Part shown: positions 52,223-64,000 of the stretch, piece after piece | How the letters are laid out: each line of letters begins with the position of its first letter | Numbering within the stretch: the stretch's first letter is position 1 | The notes under the pieces: model-generated | The model's database searches: none | What the model was told of the DNA's origin: nothing | What the model saw: the letters and a program-made list of their open reading frames with translations, nothing else | Program-made: the position numbers and the translations under genes | Source of the DNA: Mobula hypostoma | Lineage: Eukaryota | Length of the DNA stretch: 64,000 nt | Reading direction: 5' to 3' | Assembly (NCBI RefSeq): GCF_963921235.1 | Contig: NC_086097.1 | Location: 164,302,001-164,366,000, forward strand

Positions 52223-52814
52223 TGAGGGGTGATTGATAAGTTCACGGCCTAAGGTAGAAGGAATCAATTTTAGAAAACCTAGCACATTTATTTTTCCTAC
52301 ATTTACACACTTAGTCCAGTGGTCATGGAGCATACGGATCCCTTCTTTGTAGAAGTCAGTGTCTTGGACCTCCAGAGCACAGCAGGGGTGATTGATATGT
52401 TCGTGGCCTAAAGTAAAAGGAGATGAGGAGACCTTCTGCATTTTCACTCAGTGAGTTGAACTGCACGTGCATGTAACGAGAGCAATATAACTCATCACCT
52501 TCTACCTTAGGCCACGAACTTATCAACCACCCCTGCTGTGGACCATCTGGAGGTCCAAGACGTTCTCGTTACATGCACGTTACATACATTCTTTGAGTGA
52601 TAACGCAGAAAGCTTGAAGTTAATAACTCATCGCCTTTTACCTTAGGCCATGAACTTATCAATCACCCCTGCTGTGGACCACTTCTACAAAGAAGGGATC
52701 CGTATGCTCCACGACCGCTGGACTAAGTGTGTAAATGTAGGAAAAATAAATGTGCTAGGTTTTCTAAAATTGATTTCTTCTACCGTAGGCCACAAACTTA
52801 TCAATCACTCCTCT
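52223..52814. mobile_element. Non-autonomous mariner derivative, palindromic, five TIR copies, TA TSD
   Basis: TIR gaggggtgattgataagttc..ggcctaaggtagaagga; TA at 52221-52222 and 52815-52816; transposase C-terminus FYKEGIRMLHDxWTKCVNVG in both arms. Confidence 0.88.
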
Positions 52815-53406
52815 TACTCAGCAGATTAAGCAGCATCTGTGTAGAAACAAATCAAGTTAAAGTTTCGAATCCATGGCCTTTCTCCAGAACTGGAAAAAAT
52901 TGAGATGTCATGTCATAAAATGCAGAGAAGGTGGGGAAGAAAGATGAAAATACAAGGGAAAATCTGTGATAGAGTTAAATGCAGGAGATGCCAATTATTA
53001 TTTAATTTCTCCTCTCCTCTTCCCAATCACTTTTTGTTCTCACCTCCCTTTCTCTGCATGCTCTTTACCAAAGGTTTTTCCCAATTCTGACGAAAACCCA
53101 TTTATCTGAGGCAATAACTTTCCTTGTCTCCCTTAACAAAAATGCCTGCTTAATTTTACCTTCCCCATATTTTATGTTGGAGCTTAGATTTCTCATAGTA
53201 TTTTGCTTTACATGTTTCTATAGAGGACAGATAAAATCGTTGGTTTATATTTGCTTGAAATTCTGTTATTGGATAGGAAAAGAGCGTTTTTACGTTCTAC
53301 ACTAAGTGGAAAAGGGTTGACACACACAATAAAGGAATACAGAGAGCTCAGTAAATAATTAGTTAAGTTTGCTTAATGACTTTTATTTCCTTTTGTGTCC
53401 ATTCAG

Positions 53407-53570
53407 CCTCAAGATGGCTGTAGGATGGTGCAGCAGTTCCAGTTTCTGGGATGGCCCAAGTGTCGAGACAATCCCATCTCCAAACGTTCCTTCTTGAAAC
53501 TCATCAGACAGGTGGAAAAATGGCAGGAGGAATATGATGGTGGGGAGGGTCGCACAGTTGTACACTGTCT
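53407..53570 (+). CDS. PTPRM: PTPRM exon, D2: [55 protein letters not shown]
   Basis: Acceptor cattcag, donor gtaagt; VVHC motif. Confidence 0.95.
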
Positions 53571-53669
53571 GTAAGTCATGCTTATTTCTCTCTGGCAACT
53601 TGTACCTTATTAAAGTGCATCAAACAAACTGAATTCACCAAAATGGTGGATGTTATATTGTGGCACAAA

Positions 53670-54805
53670 CAAAGTTCAAAGTAAAATGTATTATCAGAGT
53701 ACATACATGTCACCATATACAACCCTGAGATTCTTTTTCTGCAAGCATATTTAGCAAATCTATGGAACAGTAACTATAAATAATGGACAATAAGTTGAGC
53801 AAATGCAGATATAAGTAAATGGGAATAAATAACCAGCATGAAATAACAGGATAAGAGTTCTTCCTTAAATGAGTGTAGTTATCCCCTTTTGTTCAAGAGC
53901 CTGATGATTGAGGAGTAGTAACTGTTCTTGAACCTGGTGGTGTGAGTCCTGAGGAACTTGTAACTTCTGCCTGATGACATAGTGAGAAAAGAGTGTGGCC
54001 TAGATGGGGAGGATCTTTGATGATAGATGCTGCTTTTCTATGATAACATGTAGATATGCTCAATGGCTGGGAGGGTTTTACCCGTGGTGTACTGGGCCAA
54101 ATCCACTACCTTTTGTAGGATTTTCCGCTCAAAGGCATTGGTGTTCCGATACTAGGCCATAATTTAGCCACTCAGCACACTTTCCACCACACGTCTATAG
54201 GAGTTCTCCAAGGTTTTTAATGACATGCCTAATCTCCACAAACTCCTAAGGAAGTAGAGGCGCTGTTGTGCTTTCTTCGCAATTATATTTATATGATGAG
54301 TCCAGGACAGGTCCTCTGAGATAGTGACACCCAGGAATTTAAAGTTACTGACACTCTCCACCTCTGATCCTCTGATGATTACTGGCTTCTCGAGCGCTGT
54401 TTCCCTCCCCCAAAGTCTGCAATCAGTTCCTTGGTCTTATTGACATTGAGGGAGAGGTTGTTGTTATTACACTACTCAGCCAAATTTTCATTCTCCCTCC
54501 TGTATGCTGATTCTTCACAACCTTTGATACAACTCACAACAGCGGTGTTGTCAGCAAACTTGTGCGTGGTGTTGGAGCTGTACTCAGCCACACAGTCATA
54601 GGTGTAAAGAAAGTAGAGCAGGGGGCTAAGTACACATCCCTGTGGTGCTCCTGTGTTGATGGAGATTGTGGAGGAGATGGTTTTGCCAATCCAAACTGAC
54701 TGGGGTCTACAAGTGAGGGAAAATCCAGGATCCAATTGCACAAGGGGTTACTGAGGTCCAGGCCTTGGAATTCACTGATCAGTTCTGAGGGGATTACGAT
54801 CTCCA
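53670..54805 (-). mobile_element. Rex1/Babar-like LINE, RT to 3' end
   Basis: NTGAPQGCVLSPLLY..KFADNT; FKFLGVTISEDLSW..KAQQRLYFLR; tail aaagttcaaagt. Confidence 0.85.
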
Positions 54806-56519
54806 TTTGGATTCAATTGTTTACTATAGTGCCTGATAATTCTTTCCATTTTACCCTTCGAAAGGGAGGACTTTGGAGATTGGAACAGTTTGCTTTGAAT
54901 AATAGTTCACATTTGGGAGTTATCTAAATAATTTAACAGAAGCATTCTCGAAAAGGCAATATCTTGATTATACACCTGAAAATCCATTAGCCAAGTGAAT
55001 CAATGTGGAGGAGCACTGAATGATCTCACATCTCTGGTGTGAGAGCTGACTCCGGTTTAGGTTAATGTGATGGAAGTAATCACACTGTTTGCTGACTGCA
55101 TACAATTAGTTTGTGAAGCCTGAAGCCCAGTGGAAGTGAATCACCCGTGCAAACTTGCATAGAAATGTGTTGCACAGCAGGGCCAGCCTCACCCAAACAA
55201 CACATGGTGCGGGAAGTGGCAATGTCCTCCTGGCAAAATAAGAACTGGCTTGAAGTGCAAATTGAGTCCACGTGAGAGATATTTTATGCAAGCACTACCA
55301 TCACTTAACTGCCTTCATTTAATTAGTTTTATTTATTTATTTTCTTAAACGGCCGATCAAGCAGTACATCTCAAACTACCATTTCTTGTTGGCATCGACT
55401 GTTAAGATGTGGCCTCCAGTAATGGGTTCTGTTTTATTCCCTTTCCCTTGAGTGTTTCTCACCGATTGAGATCATGGCTGGTGTACTCCGATTTCTTTCT
55501 GTTAGGTGCATCTTCATATTGCTCCTTCCCATCACATGAACACAAGAAGCCTGGAGAAGGAGTTGGCCACAAAGTCTGTCCCACCATTTAATATGATCAA
55601 TTCAATTCAATACAAGTTTAATTGTTATTCAACCATACATGCATACCCATGGATACAGCTAAACAAGACAGCATTACTCCAGGGCCGAGGTGCAAGATAC
55701 AGCATCAACAGTCACACACAGCACAAAACACACATAGCACATAAAGATATCAGTCAGATACAGCCACACAAAGATGTCCAGGCCAGGGCCATGAATGCCA
55801 CAGAAATCTGCAGCTTCTCTTCTGCCTAGTGAACACTGGGGGCATCAGCATCTCCAGCCTGGATGCCATGTTACACTGCTCCTGGTGGAGTACATCGTGG
55901 TTGGTCTGTGGTGGCCTCAAGTCCTTTTGCTGTGACGGTTCCCCATAACCCTCAATTCTTTACTTTCAAATATTTACCTATCTGGACAATAGATGTATCT
56001 TATGATCAGCCCAGCATCACCCTGCGGAGTAGCGAATTCCAGTTATTCACCACCCTTCGGCAGATTACATTTCTACGCACCTCTCTTGGCCCCTTATTTT
56101 AAATCGATGTCCCCTTGTATATGACTCTCCCATTTGAGAAAACATTTCAACACCTGTCAAGCCTGGTTAGGATCTTACATGTTTGAATAAGGTCACTCCT
56201 TTCTTCTAAAGCCCCAGGGAATACAGTTACAAACTGTTGATGCTCATTTGGTGAGAGGGAAATTAGCTGTGTGCATCTCATTGGGCTGCCTGCGATATTA
56301 CACAATCATTTTTTTAGTTAAAGGGGCCCAACATGTACATGGTACTCCAAGTGTGTCCCCACCAACAACTTTTAGAACTGTAACAAAACCTCCCTATTCT
56401 TAAATTCCAACCCCTTCACAGTAAAGGGCAACATGCTATTTGCTTCTTGTTGGACCATGCTTGTTATCTGTTCATGTACTTCATGTACTAGAACACATAC
56501 TTCACTAGAACAGTGCAGC

Positions 56520-56960
56520 AGGAGCGCCTCCAAGGTGCCCACAACCTTGTCGTTGGGTTTGGAGGCTTACTGCCTCAATGATCTGGAGAAAAAGTGCTGG
56601 CTGGAGTCAGGGCCTTGTACTTTGGCTCTTGGTAGGGACAACCATGCCAACCCAGTCAAAGGGTAGAGAACAGACTAAGAGGGGTCCACTGGTCCTCCAG
56701 GTTTGGGGTTCAGCTCAGGGCTAACAACCTGAACGGTATAACAAAATTGTTGCAGAAACAACAATGAAGAATTCCTCAACATCTGAGTGCTGATGGTATT
56801 CCTGAGTCTCCACTCGGGACTTGCGTGACTGACAGTACTGTAGTGACAACCGAGTGGGTGCAACTGACATAATGAAGAAAGTCCTGAACACCACCAGAGA
56901 TGGAGAACCTTCATTACTGCCCTAAACACCCACAGTATCCCACCAAACTAATTAAGCTAG
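56520..56960 (+). mobile_element. Non-autonomous RTE-derived element (5' UTR joined to 3' end)
   Basis: caaccttgtcgt..ggaggc and ggggttcagctcagggctaacaacc resemble RTE leaders; 3' part tggagaaccttcattactgccctaaacacc. Confidence 0.55.
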
Positions 56961-57185
56961 TGATGGAGCTTAGAAAAATAGAGGGTTATGGGTAACCCTC
57001 GATAATTTCTAAAGTAAGTACATGTTCAGCACAGCATTGTGGGCCGAAGGGCCTGTATTGTGCTGCAGGTTATCTGTGTTTCTATATGTAACTAAACTAA
57101 TAAGACCATAAGACAATGGAGCAGAATTAAGCTATTCAGCCTATCGAGTCTGCTGCACCATTTGATCATGGGTGATTTAATTTCC

Positions 57186-60100
57186 ATAAGATCATAAGAT
57201 ACAGGAGCAGAATTAGGCCATTTGGCCCATCAAGTCTGCTCCGTCATTTCATCATGACTGATCCAAGTTTCCTTTCAGCCCCAATCTCCTGCCTTCTCCG
57301 TATATCTCTTCATGCCCTGATCAATCAAGAATCTATCAACCTCTGCCTTAAATATACATAAAGATTTGGCCTTCACAGCTCCTGTGGAAAGGAATTCCAC
57401 CAATTCACCGCTCTCTGGCTAGAGATATTCCGTCTCATCTCCCTTCTAAAGGGACACTCCTCTATTCTGAGGCTGTGTCCACTAGTCTTAGGAAACATCC
57501 TCTCCACATCCAGTCTATCAAGGTCTCTCACCATTTGATAGGTTTCAATGAGGACACCACTCTTTCTTCTGAATTCCAGTGTATGCAGGCCAGGAACCAT
57601 CAAACACTCTTCATATAACAAGCCATTCAGTCCTGAAATCATTTTTGTGAACCTCCTTTGAACCCTCTCTAATTTCAGCACATTCTTTCTAAGATAAGGG
57701 GCCCAAAACTGCTCACAATACTCCAAGTGAGGCTGCACCAGTGCTTTATAATGTCTCAACATTACATCCTTGCTGTTATATCCTAGTACTCCTGAAATGA
57801 ATGCTAACATTGCATTTGCCTTCCTCACCTCAGACTCAACCTGTAAAGTAACCTTTAGAAAATACTACATAAGGACTCCCAACTTCCTTTGCTACTCAGT
57901 TTTTTTTGTATTTTCTCTCCTTTTAGAAAAGAGTGAACCCTTGCATTTCTTCTGCCAAAGTGCATGATCATACACTTCCCAACACTGTATTCCATCTGGC
58001 ATTTGCCAATTCTCCTAAATCCTTCAGTAGCCTCTCTACTTCCACAAAGATACCTCCACCTCCACCTATCTTCATATCATCTGCAAACTTTTCAACAAAG
58101 CCATCAAATCCAGTATCCAAATCATTAACATATAATGTAAAAAGAATCGGTCCCAACACAGACTCCTGTGGAATACCACTTGTCACTGGCAGCCAGCCAG
58201 AAAAGGCTTCCTTTATTCACACCCATTGCCTCCTGCCAATCAGCCACTGCTTTATCCATGCTAGAATCTTTCCTGTAATCCCGTGGGCTCATAGCTTGTT
58301 AAGCAACCTCATGTGTGGCACTAGTCAAAGGCCTTCTAAAATCTAAGTACGCAACATCAATCATTTCTCCTTTGTCTATCTCACTTATTATTTCTTCATA
58401 GAATTCCAACAGATTTGTCAGGCAAGATTTTCCCTTGAGGGAACCATGCTGACTATGGCCTGTTTTATCATGTGCTCCCAAGTACCCTGAGACATCATCC
58501 TTAATAATCGACTCCAACATCTTCCCAACCATCGAGGTCAGACTAACAGGCCTATAGTTCCCTTCTTTTCCTCTGCCTCTCTCCCTTCTTGAAGAGTGGA
58601 GTGACATTCACAATTTTCCAGTCTTTCGGAACCATTCCAGAATCTAGTAATCCCTGAAAGATCGTTACTAATGCCTCCACAATCTCTTCAGATGTTTCTT
58701 TCAGAACTCTGTGTGTATACCTCCTTGCTACTGTTTGAGGGGGTCTGTATATAACTCTCATCAGGGTCTTTTCACCCTTGCAGTTCTTTAGCTCTATCCA
58801 TAATGATTCAATACCTTCCAACCTTATGTCATCTCTCTCTAATGATTTGATTTCACTTTTTACCAACAGAGCAATGCCACCCCCTCTGCCTTCCTACCTA
58901 TCCTTTTGATACAATTTGTATCCTTGGACATTAAGTTCCCAGCCATAATCTTCTTTCAGCCATTATTCAGTGATGCCTACAACATCATACATACCAATCT
59001 GCAACTGTGCTGCAAGTTCATCTACCTTATTCCATATCCCGCACTTATTCAAATATAACACCTTCAGTCCTGTATTCACCCTTTTCAATCTTGTCCACCT
59101 TTTACATTGCAACTCACCCTGTTGACTGCTATTTTGCCCTATCAACAGCCTCTCCTCACTACACGTTGCCTCTGTAAACCAGCCACCTCATCTTCAGCAC
59201 TATCATCCACCTTTCCTACAATACATCTTGCATTGAAATATTGGCAGCTAGGACATTAGTCACATCATGCTCAACCTTTTGATTCGGGGCTTTGTGTGAG
59301 GTCTTACCAACACTTGCTTCCACAACCTCTCCACTAACTGTTCTGGCACTCTGGTTCCCATCCCACTGCAACTCTAGTTTAAACCCAACCGTGCAGTCTT
59401 AACAAACCTTCCTGCTAGGATATGAGTCACCCTCCAGTTCAGGTGCAAACCATCCCTTCTGTGCAGGTCCTACCTTCCATGGAAGAGAGCCCAATGATCT
59501 AAAATTATGCCCTCCCTACTACACCAACTCCCTAGCCACATATTAAACTGTATAATCTTCCTAGTTCTGGCCTCACCATCATGTGGCATGGGTAGCAATT
59601 CTGAGATCACAACCCTAGAGGTCCTGCCCTTTAACTTAGCATTTAACTACATGAACTCCCTTTGCAGAACGTTGTCACTCGTCCTACCTACGTCATTGGT
59701 ACCTACATGGACCACAACTTCTGGCTGTTCACACTTCCACTTAAGAATGCTGAGGAGTCGATCCAAGATATCCCAGACCCTGGCGCCTGGGAGGCAACAT
59801 ACCATCTGGGAGTATCATTCTCACCCACAGATTCTCCTGTCTGATCCCTTACCTAATGAATCCCCTATTAGCACAGAGTGCCTTTTCTCCCCCTTTCCCT
59901 CCTGAGTCACCAAGGCAGACTCTGTGTCAGAGACCCAACCACTGTGACTTTCCTCTGTTGGGTCAGCTTCCCCCCCCCACAGCCCACCAACTGTATCCAA
60001 AGTGATATACCTGTTATTGGGGGGGATGGCCATAGGGGTACTCTATACTGGCTGCTCAACCCCTTTCCACTTCCTGACTGTCACCCTGTTTCCTGTGTCC

Positions 60101-60655
60101 TACACCTTGGATGTAATTACCTCTCTATATGTCCTATCTATCAGCCTCCCAAATGATCTGGAGTTCATCCAGTTCCAGCTCCAACTCCTTAACGTGGTTT
60201 TGTCAGAAGCTGCAGCTGGATGTACTTCTTGTAGTTGTAGTCGTCAGGGACACTGGAGGTCTCCCTGCCTTCCCTCAACCCACAAGAGGAGCATTTCACT
60301 ATCCTGCCCGGCATCTCTACTGTCCTAGCTGAGCAGATATAAAGAAGAGAAGGAAAAACTTGACCTTTTCTCTCCTCTGCTTTCTCTGAGTGAAGCCTTT
60401 CTTCGCTGAAGACTCGAAGAGCTAAAGTCTTACTATCACCACTCTATGTCCATTCAGATGAGGGCCACTGCACTTATTGCTGCCTTCCTTTAATATGCTC
60501 TAACTAATTTATCCCAAACACCGACTAACTGCTAGTCAAAGCTTTATTATGCGGCCACGACTCACTCCTGCCTTTTACCCTTGAGCAGTGGACCTAATTG
60601 AAGTCTCCTTCTCTCAACACTTCCGATGTCAGGATTGATCTCTGGTCAAAACTCT
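57186..60655 (-). mobile_element. Near full-length degraded CR1 (ORF1 Zn finger plus SGNH esterase; ORF2 EN-RT with internal deletion) nested in another CR1 3' UTR
   Basis: VLIGDSLGKGSDRRICG; LKVLYLN..VVGITE; NYRPVSLTS; KFADDMK; cataagat tail; TSD atttcc at 57180-57185 and 60656-60661. Confidence 0.85.
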
Positions 60656-60724
60656 ATTTCCCTCTCAAACCACTCTCTCCTGCCTTCTTCCTGTAACCTT
60701 TGGCATTCTTACTAATCAAGAACC

Positions 60725-61890
60725 AACTTCCTTACTGTGTAGGATGTGTTCTAGGACTATGAGAGGTTGTGCGTCATTTGCACTCCCAGGAATTTGAAAC
60801 TGCTTACAGTTTTCACTGCTGCGCTGTCAATGTAAAACGGAGTGTGATTGGTGCAAGTGCTCCTCAAGTCGATAACCATCTCCTTTGTCTTGCTGACATT
60901 GTGAAAGAGGCTATTTGCCTGGCACCAGACCTCGAGCTCTTCCACCTCCTAACTGTTGGCTGCCTCATCGTTAGTGGTGATGAGACACACCTCTGTGGTG
61001 TTATCGGTGAATCTGATGATTTGATTGCGCAGGTATTTAGCCGCGCAATCATGACTCAGCAGTGTACGGCAGTGGTCTCAGCACACAGCCCGGGGGGCGG
61101 GGGGCACCTGTGCTGAGGATGATGGGAGGGAGGAGCAGTTCTGCATCCTGACTATCTGAGATCTGTTCATTACAAGACCAACACCAAGTTGCACCGTACT
61201 GTATTTAGACCGAGGAGTAGGGTTTGGGGGTCAATACTGTAGAATGCTAGACTGAAATCCAGAAATCAGTGAGCTGGTGTGCACACTCCAGGAGTACTCA
61301 GCTTGGGATGTTGCCTGTCCTGGCCGCCTTATGGAGACTGACACTCTGCAGAGCTCTTCTCACATTCTGCTGCTGTTACAGGTAGCGGCTGCTCACTTGG
61401 AAATGGGGTAGCTTTCGTGGCCGTCATTGTGTCGCATGCATAAGCATTGTTTAGAGCATCAGCGAGGGAAGTATCACTATACAGTTGACTCTGTTTTTCC
61501 TTGTGTAGTCAATAATGGCTTTAATGCTCAGCTACATGCATCAGGGATCGTTGATGATGGACTGTTTGTTCCACTCCCATCATGGAGGAGGCTACATAGC
61601 ATTTACACCAGGACCACCTGACTCAAAAACAGTTACTTACCCCAAGCAGTAAGGCTGATCAACATCTCCACCACGACTTTATTATTTCCTTTCAGTCTCC
61701 TAGTGTACAGCAACACTTTATGGACATACAATCAATCAATATATATAACCTATCTTATGTACTTATATTTATTATGTTTCTTTTTATTATATTATTCTGT
61801 TTTTGTGCTGCATCAGATCCAGAGTTAGAATTATCTTGTTCTCCTTTACACTTGTGTACAGGAAATGATATTAAACAATTTCGTATTTAC
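60725..61890. mobile_element. Rex1/Babar-like pieces: RT portion on - (about 60725-61260) and 3' end on + (about 61550-61890)
   Basis: WCQANSLFHNVSKTKEMVID..FKFLGV on -; LFVPLPSWRRLHSIYTRTT on +. Confidence 0.65.
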
Positions 61891-63127
61891 AATACAAAAA
61901 TTGTAAATACAATTTTGTATTTGTATTTATGATGGATATTTACTGCCCAGATCAGCTTTCTAAACACAGCAGCGAACACTTCAAAAGATCAAAGTGTTAT
62001 TTTTGAATAAATTAAACCTCTGTAAATAAAGCAACTTCTTTGTTTAGCTGTTTGTCGTGAATGGGAGCCAGTCTTCAGTTCTTAATGTAAATGGCAAGCA
62101 GTAATCAGTTTGAAAGTGAAAGGTCAGCTTTTCAAGCAGTATTGTCTATAAAGCAAAGATTGCTGGCTGCGCTTGCTTTAACTGCTCAGGAGGTGCAGCA
62201 TAAGACAAATGGTTATTTAATTCAGCTTGAATCAAAACAGACAATGCTAGCTGAGTTATTTAGTTCAAGGCAGCTTGCAGACCAGATGTATATTATTATT
62301 TAGCATATCAGTAATTTATGACTGTAAGATATAAGAGCAGAATTAGGCCATTCAGCCCATCGATTAGTATGTTATCTATTAGTATGTTGGAAGACTTATG
62401 TACTCAAGTAGTCAGCTTCACAGCGATAATTGTGGGTAACTGGGAATTGTCTCTGGAAGCTATTAGAGCTATTAGTGTTAAAAGGTATCTAAAATAATAT
62501 CACATGTGTGTGAAGTCACACAAGGGGCACGGAAAAGTATAAATTTAGAGAAAAGTTCAGATTTTTTTGGAATGACCCAGGAACATCAAGATAGATGACG
62601 GAAACTATTCGTCTGCCTTTGATTTCTGCGACAAATGACTGGTCTGAGTGAAGTTCGGTGGTGTGCCTTTTTAGCTTAGAGAAACTGTATCTGTGTTTTG
62701 GAAATCTTTTGTGTTTTAGAAGTAGTTCGTATTTTGGAAATCTTTTATAAGATAGAAATCCTTTGTCAGTTTGAAATGTGTTGTAAGAATATTGTTTGGA
62801 TTTAAGTGTGTATCTTTGAAAATAGATGAACTGTGTTTAAACTACTTTCTTAGCTGGAAGTGTCTCCTCTTTGATAGGAAGGGGGAACCTTCCACTCAAG
62901 TAGTGGGTAAACAGGAAAGTGAAATAGTCCTTAAAGGTTAGGTGTAATTTCCCTTTAGTAAAGGTTCCCATGGCTATTTATATCAATAGGGCTTAAGGTC
63001 CTCATTTGAGTTTAGAACTTTGTAGTTAGCAAACTCAGTACTGTCACACGTTCATCTTGGGATCTGGATTGTAGTATTAATTATGACCTGGGCACTGAAT
63101 CATGTTCATTCTCTGGTGCACATACAG

Positions 63128-63263
63128 GAATGGTGGAGGACGCAGTGGTGCATTCTGTGCAATCAGTATCGTATGTGAAATGCTGCGGCATCAGCGGGCT
63201 GTAGATGTGTTCCACGCTGTAAAAACACTGCGTAACAACAAGCCCAATATGGTTGACTTGCTG
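63128..63263 (+). CDS. PTPRM: PTPRM exon, D2 P-loop: [45 protein letters not shown]
   Basis: Acceptor catacag, donor gtaagt; completes HCLNGGGRSG. The terminal coding exon is not seen in the window. Confidence 0.95.
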
Positions 63264-64000
63264 GTAAGTGCAAATTGAAACTACGACATTTAACTCACAG
63301 ATAACAGGCGTCTATACGCATCGCCTGTTCACCATAATTACATATCTGGCTAGACTTCCCACTGGGATTCTCTATATATTCCTGGAAAGACCTGTGCTGG
63401 CTCAACAGACAGCCCACAGGAGGAGATGATAAGAACCCAACCCTATGTAAAGTTTGCCAGGAACAGTCACTCTCATCGAGATGGCTATATCTCACATTGG
63501 GACAGTTAGGGTTTGGGCTTACATTAGGAACATGTGAAGTTTCCGTGAAGACAGGAATAGGGAACAGGAGCAAAGCAAGCTAACCAAGCAGCAAACAATC
63601 CGCTGGAGGTACTCAGCAAATCAAGCACCATCTGTGGGAAGAAAAGAACTGTCAATTTTTCAAGTCGAATTCCTGTGTCAGGACCCTGTTCTACCATTCA
63701 GTCAGATCTATTTTCCCATCTAATCCATATATCAGAGACACAAGATGCTCTGCTAATGCTGGCAGTCTTGAGCAACACCCACAGAATCCTGGAGAAAAAC
63801 AGTAGGTCAGGCAACAAGTATGGAAGAAATTGTACAGCTGACATTTTGTGCCAAGATCCTTCATCAGGACTCAGTCCATAGATGCTACCTAACCGCTGAG
63901 CTCCTCCAGCATTATATGTGTGTTAAGCCTTATGTTCATTCCTGGTGTTCAAATCCAGCTTTGAATGTTTAACAAAACTGAGCAACAGAACTCCTCTGAG

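Larger units (their letters stand above)
4699..63263 (+). other. PTPRM: Partial gene span: receptor-type tyrosine-protein phosphatase mu-like (R2B subfamily), D1-D2 region, 10 exons
   Basis: Ten GT-AG exons (98,117,155,136,150,174,132,126,164,136 nt) splice in frame. Peptides such as [14 protein letters not shown] and [27 protein letters not shown] match PTPRM rather than PTPRK/T/U from memory. The gene continues beyond both window edges. Confidence 0.9.

Noticed and set aside
52223..52814. CRISPR-like repeat-spacer array
   Set aside because: Repeats are in mixed orientation with irregular spacing, have a TA TSD and transposase remnants, and sit in vertebrate DNA; they are mariner TIRs.
61890..61925. 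Small AT-rich palindrome aatacaaaaattgta/tacaattttgtatt
   Set aside because: Low complexity, at a retroelement tail, and likely a slippage product.
62370..62960. Possible solo LTR
   Set aside because: No convincing TG..CA termini with a TSD identified by eye; needs a repeat-library search.
63128..63157. Non-canonical D2 P-loop HCLNGGGRSG as a sign of pseudogenisation
   Set aside because: Normal for R2B D2 pseudophosphatase domains; all exons are open and in phase.

Overview
Eukaryotic, repeat-rich vertebrate DNA. The repeat families point to a cartilaginous fish, probably a ray (inference). The + strand carries 10 consecutive GT-AG exons (4699-63263) of a type IIB receptor tyrosine phosphatase that matches PTPRM from memory. 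They cover most of the catalytic D1 domain ([13 protein letters not shown] and Q loop intact) and most of D2; the gene runs off both ends of the window. The introns are filled with CR1, L1, Penelope-like (PLE), Rex1/Babar, HERO, RTE, Vingi-like, Gypsy, mariner and SINE relics, which explain almost all long ORFs in the track. Most notable: (1) the 5'-inverted L1 at 1-3234 looks composite, because about 1.26 kb of its inverted arm is near-identical to the L1 at 43030-47860 and runs through that copy's 13-bp TSD and 15 bp of its flank, while the rest differs mostly at synonymous sites; (2) this creates a ~1.75-kb inverted repeat bracketing seven exons, the geometry that favours back-splicing; (3) there are many PLE terminal repeats with minimal hammerhead-ribozyme motifs, several as fold-back palindromes; (4) there is a perfect 38-bp hairpin inside an old CR1 and a five-TIR mariner derivative. 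Exon, TSD and hairpin coordinates were read base by base; other repeat boundaries are approximate, and family names come from motif recognition, not database searches.
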